Shown: positions 30,312 to 39,023, counted from the stretch's first letter. The stretch: DNA of 48,845 nt from Oscillospiraceae bacterium (GCA_031548405.1 JAVBRC010000036.1:1-48845); one strand, 5' to 3'. Program-made: numbers and translations. Notes: a model not told the origin generated them from the sequence alone.

Positions 30312-31532
30312 CTATTGTTCAACTGATGAAAAATCAAGCCAGAAATTTGTTATAATCTTATCTCTTTTTTGATTACGTAGAATACTTCCGTTATATTTTG
30401 CAAGAACATGACTAATTGCTTTGTTTCGATAAGGATTAAACGGAATTTCGTCAATGTCCTGATATTCATCCACTGAATGAATATCGTCCATTTTGACATA
30501 GTGTGATATAATAATACTTACATTATTGTCCTTGTTTAATACCTCAAAATCAATACTTGGCTGATATTCACGCTTATTATATGCGGATATAGATTCTTTT
30601 AAAAGGTTTGAGATAATAGCGATAATATCATTTTCAGGAAACTTTCTGATAGCCTGTGAAATATTACAGTTTAATATAATTTGTTTTTCACTACAATCTT
30701 TAACAGCCTTGGTTATTATGTCGTTTATATGCTTGGTTATTATATTTTTACGTTGATCGCTTATTTGAGTGTTAGAATTATGTGCCATTTCATTTTGATG
30801 TATATTAAATTTTTTTGTATCCTTATAAACTTGCTTTACAATTTTATCCATATTTATACGGCTGATATTTATGTCGTGGAATTTATTCACAATTATTAGA
30901 TTTCCTATATTGACAAGTATAAGTGAAATAAATATAAATAATGATAAGGAAGTCGAGTATCTCATTGCTGAAATCATTTCAAATGTCATATTTCCAGCAA
31001 CTAAAGTCATAACGAAAATTGCCATAGTATATGCACATTCCCACCGTGAGAGTTTAAGTGTAAATGTCTTTGAAAGTTTCAGCATATATCTTGTTACAAT
31101 AAGATACGCGAATTTAGTAATGATAACAACCGCCAATCTTAAAGTACTGGATTCAGTTAAGAGTATTGAAATTTGTGTTGAAAAAATACTGCTTGTTATT
31201 GTTAGTACTATTGAATTAATAATTAAGATGAAATATATTGACAGGCCAGCAATTAAAAACTTATAAAAAATGTTTTTCCTTAAAAATATTGCACTGTAAA
31301 AAAAACATATCATAGTACCAATTGCCCCTGATACAAAATCTGATTGAATTATTGTTGGTGTAAACGTGGTATTAATTACTAACAATATAATAAATAAGAA
31401 GTATTTTAATAATTTTAAGCGTTGGATTTTGTAACCTAACATACCTGTGACAAAAGTTGAAATCATTATACTTTCAAAGATTGTCGCTAATATTTCGATT
31501 ACGTTCCAAATTACATTTATATATTCTTCCAT
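30312..31532 (-). CDS. AgrC-like multi-TM sensor with degenerate kinase domain (pseudokinase)
   Basis: About 6-7 TM helices, then a GHKL-like tail (DIIAIISNLL, KYNG) lacking the RHD H-box, N-box Asn and HGxGL; start at ATG 31532. Confidence 0.7.
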   Translation of the reverse strand: MEEYINVIWNVIEILATIFESIMISTFVTGMLGYKIQRLKLLKYFLFIILLVINTTFTPTIIQSDFVSGAIGTMICFFYSAIFLRKNIFYKFLIAGLSIYFILIINSIVLTITSSIFSTQISILLTESSTLRLAVVIITKFAYLIVTRYMLKLSKTFTLKLSRWECAYTMAIFVMTLVAGNMTFEMISAMRYSTSLSLFIFISLILVNIGNLIIVNKFHDINISRINMDKIVKQVYKDTKKFNIHQNEMAHNSNTQISDQRKNIITKHINDIITKAVKDCSEKQIILNCNISQAIRKFPENDIIAIISNLLKESISAYNKREYQPSIDFEVLNKDNNVSIIISHYVKMDDIHSVDEYQDIDEIPFNPYRNKAISHVLAKYNGSILRNQKRDKIITNFWLDFSSVEQ

Positions 31533-31580
31533 ATAATTTAATGTCCTCAATTTTAGTTTTTCCACTAAATAAAAAGAAGT

Positions 31581-32285
31581 TTAACAATAATTAAAGGATG
31601 ATTTCATTATTGTTTTTACTTCATTTAGCTTTCCTTTTCCTAGTGGAAGTGTTGTTTTAGTAGTTAAAGTTATATTTTGTCTGTTGACCGCAAGAATATA
31701 GCGGTAATTTACAAGATAACTTTTATGTGTACGTACGAACCCAAACTGCCTGAACTGGTTTTCAAGTGATTTCAAGCTTGTCCTTATTGGAATTACTTGA
31801 TCTTTTGAATTTATTTCTATGACATGACCAAATGTTTCAAAATAACTGATATCGTTGATGTTAAGGTTCACAATAGATTTTTCAGTTTTAAATGTAACAA
31901 ACCTCCTGTCTGTATTGAATTTATGAAACAAGGATGATAGAACTTCTGGTAAATCGATGTCAATAAGTGATCTTCGTATAAATGCAAACGGTTGATGGCA
32001 GATGATTTTATAAGCATCTTTTTGGTTTTCAGATATATATACCAGATTTATGTCATCATTAACTAGTCTGATGTATTTTGATAATTCTGTAGTATCGTTA
32101 TCTTTAAAATCAGTGCTGATAAAAATTGTATTAAATTTATTGTTATCAAGTAAAAGTTCATCCTTGTATGTATATAATGTAATATTTATATCAAGGTTAA
32201 ATCTTTTTGAATGGTGTTCCAATTCATTTCTTATAGAAATTGCATGGCTAATATTTTTGTCATAAACAGCTACATTAATCGTCAA
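31581..32285 (-). CDS. LytTR-family regulator with atypical (pseudo) receiver domain
   Basis: Intact LytTR (ISYFE, FVRTHKSYLVN); receiver has VYDK, IFISTDF and FIRR where canonical is ICDD, IFLDI.M and FI.K. Confidence 0.85.
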   Translation of the reverse strand: MTINVAVYDKNISHAISIRNELEHHSKRFNLDINITLYTYKDELLLDNNKFNTIFISTDFKDNDTTELSKYIRLVNDDINLVYISENQKDAYKIICHQPFAFIRRSLIDIDLPEVLSSLFHKFNTDRRFVTFKTEKSIVNLNINDISYFETFGHVIEINSKDQVIPIRTSLKSLENQFRQFGFVRTHKSYLVNYRYILAVNRQNITLTTKTTLPLGKGKLNEVKTIMKSSFNYC

Positions 32286-32387
32286 TTTAAACGCTCCAGT
32301 CTACCAAAATAATTAGGAATATTTTGGGCATAAGAACATTATAACATATAATAAAAAAAAAATCATGTATAATTTGTAGATAAAGTT

Positions 32388-32546
32388 TGAACAAACTGTG
32401 AACAAATCCGTTTATGAACAAATTATTAAATATTTATGAACAATTTGTTTACAAATTATGAACAAAATATTAAATCTATACTTTTATGCTGAAAAATTAT
32501 GCTTTTATGAAAAACAGTTGAGCTTTTAAATTAAATGTGATATTAT
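32388..32546 (+). promoter_or_regulatory. Direct-repeat operator array and agrD promoter
   Basis: TTATGAACAA at 32412, 32434 and 32456 (22-bp period), extra TGAACAA at 32388 and 32399; TTGAGC(32518)-N17-TATTAT(32541) with extended TG. Confidence 0.7.
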
Positions 32547-32640
32547 GATTAAGTCGAAAGGAATAAAATTCCAATCGCATACAGAACCTTTTTAATGGTT
32601 CTTACATATTATATATATTTTTGAAAGGTGGAAATTAAAA

Positions 32641-32781
32641 ATGAAAAAGATTTCTAAGAAAATTATGGAAGCAGCAGCTAAGATTGGTATGAATACAGCA
32701 GTTAAGGCTTGTGGTTCAGCATCATTGTATGGTTGTCACCAGCCAGCAGAGCCAAAGGCTCTAAAGGAAATGGTAAAGTAA
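32641..32781 (+). CDS. agrD: AgrD-like cyclic autoinducer peptide precursor (46 aa)
   Basis: Not in the ORF track. MKKISKKIMEAAAKIGMNTAVKACGSASLYGCHQPAEPKALKEMVK: amphipathic leader plus HQPxEPKxL tail; GAAAGGTGG SD. Confidence 0.88.
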   Translation: MKKISKKIMEAAAKIGMNTAVKACGSASLYGCHQPAEPKALKEMVK

Positions 32782-32801
32782 TCTTTATTCTAATCAAGAA
32801 G

Positions 32802-32833
32802 ACGGTACAGTCATTTAGCTGTACCGTTTTTTT
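32802..32833 (+). terminator. agrD terminator
   Basis: acggtacag-tcatttag-ctgtaccgt plus T-run. Confidence 0.8.
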
Positions 32834-32920
32834 GCATTCAGTAAGATAGCTTAATAGCACTGCACATGACGATTAAAAAGTTGTGATATATAAAGACAGA
32901 GTGAAATTTTACAATAAATC

Positions 32921-33010
32921 TAAAAGTCCATTAAGCTTATTGATTAAAAGCTTAATGGACTTTTGTAGTTGTGTGGTAATGTTCGGAACGTCGAGGATAC
33001 CGTTACATAC
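32921..33010. repeat. Repeated hairpin copy 2 plus adjacent degenerate GTAG-type REP
   Basis: aaaagtccattaagct...agcttaatggactttt followed by cggaacgtcgaggataccgttacatac. Confidence 0.8.
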
Positions 33011-33136
33011 TAAATTATGACTTTAGGATTAATAAACTTGTTAGAGTTAGTCTTTTTGGTATTACAAATAACTTGAAATGCAAATAGAACTTGACGTAAC
33101 TCCTAAAAGTAACCACGCCGAATGTTATTATGTTAC

Positions 33137-34507
33137 TTATTCAGCTTCTGCCTCAAGTCTTGCAGCCTTTAGCATTATAGCACATTCAAGACGCTTTTTC
33201 TCAAGCTGACATGAGAACTTATGAGCATTATGTATATCACCAGCATACATATAGTTATTTGCGTTACATCCGCCACTGCAATAAAATTTAGCCCAGCATT
33301 GCTTACATTCAGGCTTTGTATAAACATGAGCAGCAGCAAATTCTGCTTTAATATCAAGATTAAATGTACCTTCATCAAGGTTACCCATCTTGTATTCTTC
33401 AAGACCAACAAACTGATGACATGGGTAAATATCACCATCTGGTGTTATCGCAACGTACTCATTGCCGCAGCCACAGCCTCTAAGACGCTTTATAGCGCAT
33501 GGCCCTTGATCAAGGTCAAGCATAAAGTGGAAGAAATTAAATTTCTTTCCATTTTTTTCATTTTCAAGAATTCGTGCTGAAAGTCTTTCATATTCCTTAA
33601 ATATTGATGAAAGTTCTCTTTCAGTCAATGCATATGGAACTTCTGCCGGACATACAACCGGTTCAACAGAAATCTGGTCAAAGCCCTCGTTGTAAAGGCT
33701 GAAAACGTCCTCAGAAAAGTCAGGATTATATTTTGTAAAAGTTCCTCTTACATAATATTCCTTTTCACCTCTCTTAGAAACGAGTTCTTTGAATTTAGGA
33801 AGAATTGTATCATAACAACCAGTTCCGTCAACTCTTTTTCTTACCTTATCATTGACATCTTTTCTTCCGTCTATTGAAAGTACAACGTTTGACATTTCCT
33901 TATTGATGAAATCAATTTTATCATCATCAAGAAGAACACCGTTTGTTGTAATTGTAAATCTGAAATTTTTGCCGTATTCTTTTTCTCTCAGGCGACCATA
34001 TTCAACAATCTGCTTAACAACTTCAAAGTTCATGAGAGGTTCACCACCGAAGAAGTCAAGTTCAAGATTTACTCTGTCACCAGATTTTTCAAGAATAAAA
34101 TCAATTGCCTGTTTACCAGTTTCAAGCGTCATAAGCTTTCTGCCTTCACCGAAGTCACCAGTTGAAGCAAAGCAATATTCGCAACGAAGGTTGCAGTCAT
34201 GGGCAATATGTAAACACATAGCCTTGACAGGTGAAGCAACGGAATATTTTGCGTATTTCTCGTAATCATCTTCTGAAAACAAAATTTTATCATTATAAAG
34301 CTCGACTATTTCATCATAGCATGAGTTAATATCTTCTTCAGGATAAAATCTGGTCAGCTTGTCCATAACCTTCTGAGGACATTTTGTTTCAAAAGGTGGT
34401 TCAACGTTGTCAAGGAGGTCATAGGTTATGTCATCAACAATATGCACACCGCCGCTGTTTGTATCTAAAACAATGTTAAATCCGTTTAATTTATACTTAT
34501 GTATCAT
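33137..34507 (-). CDS. scfB: Radical SAM/SPASM SCIFF (ranthipeptide) maturase
   Basis: CNLRCEYC, FFGGEP, GPCAIKRLRGCGCG and CxxCx5CxGGC SPASM motifs; downstream of the SCIFF peptide. Confidence 0.95.
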   Translation of the reverse strand: MIHKYKLNGFNIVLDTNSGGVHIVDDITYDLLDNVEPPFETKCPQKVMDKLTRFYPEEDINSCYDEIVELYNDKILFSEDDYEKYAKYSVASPVKAMCLHIAHDCNLRCEYCFASTGDFGEGRKLMTLETGKQAIDFILEKSGDRVNLELDFFGGEPLMNFEVVKQIVEYGRLREKEYGKNFRFTITTNGVLLDDDKIDFINKEMSNVVLSIDGRKDVNDKVRKRVDGTGCYDTILPKFKELVSKRGEKEYYVRGTFTKYNPDFSEDVFSLYNEGFDQISVEPVVCPAEVPYALTERELSSIFKEYERLSARILENEKNGKKFNFFHFMLDLDQGPCAIKRLRGCGCGNEYVAITPDGDIYPCHQFVGLEEYKMGNLDEGTFNLDIKAEFAAAHVYTKPECKQCWAKFYCSGGCNANNYMYAGDIHNAHKFSCQLEKKRLECAIMLKAARLEAEAE

Positions 34508-34580
34508 TTAAAAAACTCCTTATAAAATTTAAAAGGGACACTAAAGTAATGTCCCTTTTAATAAACAAACCAGTTAGAAA

Positions 34581-34718
34581 TTATCTTTCGCACTTCTGGT
34601 TTGCAACTGTGCATGAAGTTTTGCAAGCTGATTGACATGATGCCTGGCACTTGCCACAGCCGCCCTTCTTAGCAGTTTCTTTAAGATTTGCCTTGTTGAT
34701 AGTTTTAATGTGCTTCAT
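34581..34718 (-). CDS. scfA: Six-cysteine SCIFF ranthipeptide precursor (45 aa)
   Basis: Not in the ORF track. MKHIKTINKANLKETAKKGGCGKCQASCQSACKTSCTVANQKCER; GGAGG SD; promoter TTGAAA-N17-TATAAT at 34757-34785. Confidence 0.97.
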   Translation of the reverse strand: MKHIKTINKANLKETAKKGGCGKCQASCQSACKTSCTVANQKCER

Positions 34719-34844
34719 AAAAACCTCCCAAAAAATCTTCAAATTGAATATAACCTATTATATCACATTTTTCGAGCTTTTTCAATAGCTTTTTCCCGAA
34801 AATATACACAAATATTACAAAAAAATTATGTAAATTAATCCATT

Positions 34845-35249
34845 TTAAATTGGTGGATGTTTAATTTTTGAATTAACTCCGACAATTCCACCAGCGGAAC
34901 CGGCTATTACAAGTAAAATCAGGAGTCTTATCAGTCTTAAAGGCGGAAAGGCTTTGAGATATATTATACCAAATAAAAATAGTATTATATATAGTATACC
35001 TCCACACTTTATACCATTAACAATTCCGTTATGACGTTTTTGTTTTCCATAGAGGTAAGCCGAAAAATATCCGCCAGCTGATATAGATAGACTTTCCAAA
35101 ACTGAAATTACACCCGAAGAAAAATCTACCTTTGAACCAACGTAGCTAAAAAACATTATTAAGCCAGATATTAATAATGTGCCACAGATGGTGGAGAAAA
35201 TCACAGTGTAGTACTTTGACTTGCGTAATCTTTTTTTATTTCTCCTCAT
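34845..35249 (-). CDS. TIGR04086-family 4-TM membrane protein
   Basis: Four hydrophobic segments, G..NG, C-terminal GGIVGVN; typical position upstream of SCIFF. Confidence 0.75.
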   Translation of the reverse strand: MRRNKKRLRKSKYYTVIFSTICGTLLISGLIMFFSYVGSKVDFSSGVISVLESLSISAGGYFSAYLYGKQKRHNGIVNGIKCGGILYIILFLFGIIYLKAFPPLRLIRLLILLVIAGSAGGIVGVNSKIKHPPI

Positions 35250-36541
35250 TATTCCCCACCACCATAACCTTTTCTAATAGTTTTTGAAAGTTCTTTACAT
35301 TGTTCTGAGATTTCATCAGAGAAAGTCGAATCATAGCTGTAAATTGCTATACTCAGTTTATTTTCTATAGTATATTCAACTTGCTTTGAAACAAGTCCTT
35401 TATCGTCAATCCATTCATTCTTTCCGCTTCCAGCCCACTTATCTTCACTTTCGATTTTATATGTACAAAGTCCGATAACAAGCTTAATATTCTTAAAAGT
35501 ATTTAAATCTTGCCAATTTTGAACTGTTTCTTTAAAAGGTGAACTTTCATTTTCAAAACCAAAATATATCTGAGGAACGATATAATCGCAATATCCAGAT
35601 TCTGACATCCACTTTTTCACATCGGCATATTGACTGCTATAATTTGAATTAATATTCCCCTGTGGACTTATTCCGAAAAGAATTTTTGTATTTGTACTCT
35701 TTATAGTATAATAAATCGAGGATACCATTTTATTTATATTGCTGATACGCCATTCGTCAAGATTACTTTCCTGTGAATCTGAAAAAGCAGAAACATCAAA
35801 TTGTTCATCAGTTGTCGGATAAAAGTAATCGTCAATATGAATACCATCAACATTATAGTTATCAATAATTTCCTTGACACCGTCTGAAATGTATTTACGA
35901 ACCTCTGAATATGCAGGATTTAAAAACCAGTTTTCGTTTATTTTAACTATATATGTGCCGTTGGTTTCTTTGTCGTTATACCACTTCTTTATCTGATAGC
36001 TGTCATCAAGACTTTTTAGCTGTTCATCACTCTGACAACGAAGCGGGTTTACCCATGCATGAACTGAGAGATTAAGCTCGTGTGCCTCTTGAATCATTAT
36101 TTCAAGAGGATCATATTCAGCATTATTATATTCTGCCTTTGGGAAAATTTCTGAAGTGTAATAGCTGTCATTAAATGCACGAGCATGAATATACAGCGTA
36201 TTCACGCCCATTTCCTTAGCATTTTTAAAGCGGACTGATATACTATCCGTAAATTCTTTTTTTGTTTTTCCTTTTAGGATACTTTGATAATCCATGTATG
36301 TGAACCACATACCAACCTGATTTTCAAAGTTTATTAAAGTAGAATTACTTTTGTCTGTTTCAACAGTGTTAAGCATTTCGATAGCCTCAGTCGGTTCAAA
36401 GACTCCAAGCTGTGACAATGTTTGTTCACTGAGTGAAAGCTCTGAGTCATAGCTCATGTCCGGTAAGGAGCTCTTGTTCTCGCATGATGCGAAAGTAATC
36501 GTAGAAAGCATAATAAAAATCATAATAAATAACCTTTTCAT
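35249..36541 (-). CDS. GHL10 (YddW/YngK-like) glycoside hydrolase lipoprotein
   Basis: DPL, VHAWVNP, VDGIHIDDYFYP, FGISPQG and DYIVPQIY motifs; lipobox FASC from ATG 36541. Confidence 0.85.
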   Translation of the reverse strand: MKRLFIMIFIMLSTITFASCENKSSLPDMSYDSELSLSEQTLSQLGVFEPTEAIEMLNTVETDKSNSTLINFENQVGMWFTYMDYQSILKGKTKKEFTDSISVRFKNAKEMGVNTLYIHARAFNDSYYTSEIFPKAEYNNAEYDPLEIMIQEAHELNLSVHAWVNPLRCQSDEQLKSLDDSYQIKKWYNDKETNGTYIVKINENWFLNPAYSEVRKYISDGVKEIIDNYNVDGIHIDDYFYPTTDEQFDVSAFSDSQESNLDEWRISNINKMVSSIYYTIKSTNTKILFGISPQGNINSNYSSQYADVKKWMSESGYCDYIVPQIYFGFENESSPFKETVQNWQDLNTFKNIKLVIGLCTYKIESEDKWAGSGKNEWIDDKGLVSKQVEYTIENKLSIAIYSYDSTFSDEISEQCKELSKTIRKGYGGGE

Positions 36542-36571
36542 TTTCAACACGTCCCGTTTATAGTTTGTACA

Positions 36572-36600
36572 ATTATATGACGTGTTTTTTAAAGTTATGC
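36572..36600 (-). promoter_or_regulatory. Putative sigma-E (sporulation) promoter of the GHL10 gene
   Basis: gcATA-N16-CATATAAT on the minus strand, 30 bp upstream of the start. Confidence 0.5.
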
Positions 36601-36777
36601 TTGATAGCTGATAAGATATTACTAGCAAAATGCTGTGTCAAACATAGACTTTTCCATAATAACGTTAATTTTACACTATATATTAATAAAAATTCAATAC
36701 TTTCTCTCAAATTACTTGACAATGATTGAAAAATCCTGTAAAATATGCATATATAAATATATTAAAGGGGGATACTT

Positions 36778-38604
36778 ATGTCTTTTAAAAGAAAAATTGT
36801 TTCCATCTTTACGTCAGCAGCTTGTCTGATTTCATGTGTTTGTATTTTCGGTTCTGAAAAGTCCGAAAATATAGTTAACGCACAAGAACTTATCGGACAA
36901 TCTGCTTTTGAGATTACTTCTCAGATGACAATAGGATGGAACCTCGGCAACTCACTTGATGCTACAAATAACAGTCTAAGGGTTGATTCGCCACCTAAAA
37001 AGTTCGTTACTGCCTGGGGTAACCCAGAACCAACTCAGGAACTTTTTGATGCGGTTCAGGCAGGCGGTTTTAATACCGTAAGAATTCCAACCACTTGGTA
37101 TCAGCACCTCATTTATAATGAAGAAACTGATATTTATGAGATTGATCAGACTTGGATGAATTACGTTAAGCAAACTGTTGACTACGCTTATAGTTTGGGT
37201 ATGTTTGTTATTATTAACGTTCACCACGAGGAATGGGTTAATGCCAAGGAATTTACTGAAGAAACTTATGCAGAAGCTTCTCACAAACTGAGAGATATCT
37301 GGACAAGAGTTTCAGAAGAGTTCAAGGACTATGATCAGCATCTTATTTTCGAGGGTATGAACGAACCTCGTCAGACAGGTCTTGGAAGTTCTGTTGAATG
37401 GGGTTCTGGAGATAACTACTCAAGAACTTATATTAACAATCTTAACTCAGTATTTATTGATACTGTAAGAGGTCAGGGTTCAGCTGCTAATGGTGAACGT
37501 TTGTTGATGCTCCCTGGTTACTGTGCTTCTTCCTCAACAGATGCAATTACTAATATTGCAATTCCTGATGGTTCAGGAAACGTTGCACTTTCTGTTCATG
37601 CTTATGCACCATATTTCTTTACTATGGATACTTCGGATAAGGCTAGTCATGAATTCCCAGGAAAAAGTGGCTACGGTGAAGACTTTGAGGGTGCCTTGAA
37701 AACTCTCTTTAATTCATTAAAGAGTATTTCAGATTCTAAGAATGTACCAATTATTATCGGTGAATTCAGTGCTTCAGATTTTAATAATACTGAATCTCGT
37801 GTGAACTGGGCTAAATCTTATCTTTCAAAGGCTAAGGCAGCTGGTATTCCATGTGTACTTTGGGATAACAATGCAAGCTATGACGGAACTGGTGAGGCAC
37901 ATGGTTACGTTTACAGAAAAACTAACACATGGTATGAAAGTTCAATTAGTGTTGTTGAAGCTATGATGGAAGCTGTTCGTGTTACAGAATATAGTCTTCC
38001 AAAGTATGAAGAATATGTTAAGCCAGTTTTCTCATGGGACAATATGAATGTTGGTGAAGATTGGGTTGAGCTATATCGTTCAGATGCTGGAAAGACAATT
38101 AATTCCTGGAAGAATTTTACTGTTAGCAACTGGAGAGATTATATCAACGAAGATTATAAATATGTAATGTACTATGATTCTGACGAAGCACCAACACTTA
38201 TTTTCCAGGGTGGTTGGTTCACAGTTACTTCAGATGACTCAATGGCAGCTGATTTCACTGCTGGATTTACATATCAAGACATTATAGACACACTTGATTC
38301 TAATGATGTTGCTCTTGCTGATATGACTAGCATGTACATCAGCGCAACATCTAAGGCTGCTACAATTTACGGTCTTTATGCTGTTCCGCTGAAAGCCGAA
38401 ACAGTAATGATTGGCGATGTAGATGGTGATAATTATAGAAGCACAGATGATATTTACTTGATTCAGCAATTCCTTGTTAATAAGGTTTCATTTACTGACA
38501 AGCAGATGAAAGCTGCTGATATCAACGAAGACGGTGTGATAAACGTTTTTGATGTAATCGCATACAAGAATACAAATCCTACTCCAAAGCCACCTGTTGA
38601 ATAA
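36778..38604 (+). CDS. Secreted GH5 (subfamily 4-like) endoglucanase with CBM-like module and dockerin
   Basis: GWNLGN, RIPTTW, NVHHE, NEP and IIGEF motifs; C-terminal GDVDGD...ADINEDGVINVFD dockerin. Confidence 0.92.
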   Translation: MSFKRKIVSIFTSAACLISCVCIFGSEKSENIVNAQELIGQSAFEITSQMTIGWNLGNSLDATNNSLRVDSPPKKFVTAWGNPEPTQELFDAVQAGGFNTVRIPTTWYQHLIYNEETDIYEIDQTWMNYVKQTVDYAYSLGMFVIINVHHEEWVNAKEFTEETYAEASHKLRDIWTRVSEEFKDYDQHLIFEGMNEPRQTGLGSSVEWGSGDNYSRTYINNLNSVFIDTVRGQGSAANGERLLMLPGYCASSSTDAITNIAIPDGSGNVALSVHAYAPYFFTMDTSDKASHEFPGKSGYGEDFEGALKTLFNSLKSISDSKNVPIIIGEFSASDFNNTESRVNWAKSYLSKAKAAGIPCVLWDNNASYDGTGEAHGYVYRKTNTWYESSISVVEAMMEAVRVTEYSLPKYEEYVKPVFSWDNMNVGEDWVELYRSDAGKTINSWKNFTVSNWRDYINEDYKYVMYYDSDEAPTLIFQGGWFTVTSDDSMAADFTAGFTYQDIIDTLDSNDVALADMTSMYISATSKAATIYGLYAVPLKAETVMIGDVDGDNYRSTDDIYLIQQFLVNKVSFTDKQMKAADINEDGVINVFDVIAYKNTNPTPKPPVE

Positions 38605-38624
38605 ACAGATAACTTTGGTTTAAT

Positions 38625-38668
38625 AAAAAACTGCTGCATGAAAGTGAATTTCATGCAGCAGTTTTTTT
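38625..38668. terminator. Terminator after the GH5 gene
   Basis: aaaaaactgctgcatgaaa-gtgaa-tttcatgcagcagtttttt. Confidence 0.85.
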
Positions 38669-38765
38669 ATTAAGGCAATACCATATAAAGATTGTATGCA
38701 TATTGCGATTTTATAATGTATAAAAAAATCTTGCAAACTACGCATTTACGCAATTTGCAAGATTC

Positions 38766-38855
38766 TGGCGGAGAAGGAGGGACTCGAACCCTCGCGGCAG
38801 TTTCCCACCCTACGCCCTTAGCAGGGGCGCCTCGTCACCACTTGAGTACTTCTCC
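38766..38855 (-). tRNA. tRNA-Ser(GCT)
   Basis: GGAGAAG acceptor stem, CCCCT-GCT-AAGGG anticodon arm, long variable arm, GGTTCGAGTCC, encoded CCA. Confidence 0.96.
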
Positions 38856-38884
38856 ACATGGTAACAAATATTAATATAAAAAAA

Positions 38885-38973
38885 TGGCGGAGAAGGTGGG
38901 ATTCGAACCCACGGTCCCTTTCAGGATCACTGGTTTTCAAGACCAGCTCCTTAAACCGCTCGGACACTTCTCC
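38885..38973 (-). tRNA. tRNA-Ser(TGA)
   Basis: GGAGAAG acceptor stem, CTGGTCT-TGA-AAACCAG, long variable arm, GGTTCGAATCC, encoded CCA. Confidence 0.96.
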
Positions 38974-38994
38974 ATTGCTTTAATCAACCAGTTT

Positions 38995-39023
38995 ATTATA
39001 CTACAGATTTATATAAATGTCAA
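38995..39023 (-). promoter_or_regulatory. Sigma-A promoter of the tRNA pair
   Basis: TTGACA-N17-TATAAT on the minus strand. Confidence 0.85.

Noticed and set aside
30312-32285. Calling the sensor and regulator pseudogenes
   Set aside because: Both frames are uninterrupted, full length and have SD sites, and the LytTR domain is conserved; decay cannot be excluded without orthologues
32547-32640. c-di-GMP riboswitch in the agrD leader
   Set aside because: It has a GAAA but lacks the GGCAAA/CGCAAA and second-stem motifs
38692-38874. 60-aa ORF
   Set aside because: Antisense to tRNA-Ser(GCT)
38766-38973. tRNA-Ser genes as an integration site of an island or prophage
   Set aside because: No integrase and no separate duplicated tRNA 3' end seen; the flanks are ordinary chromosomal genes
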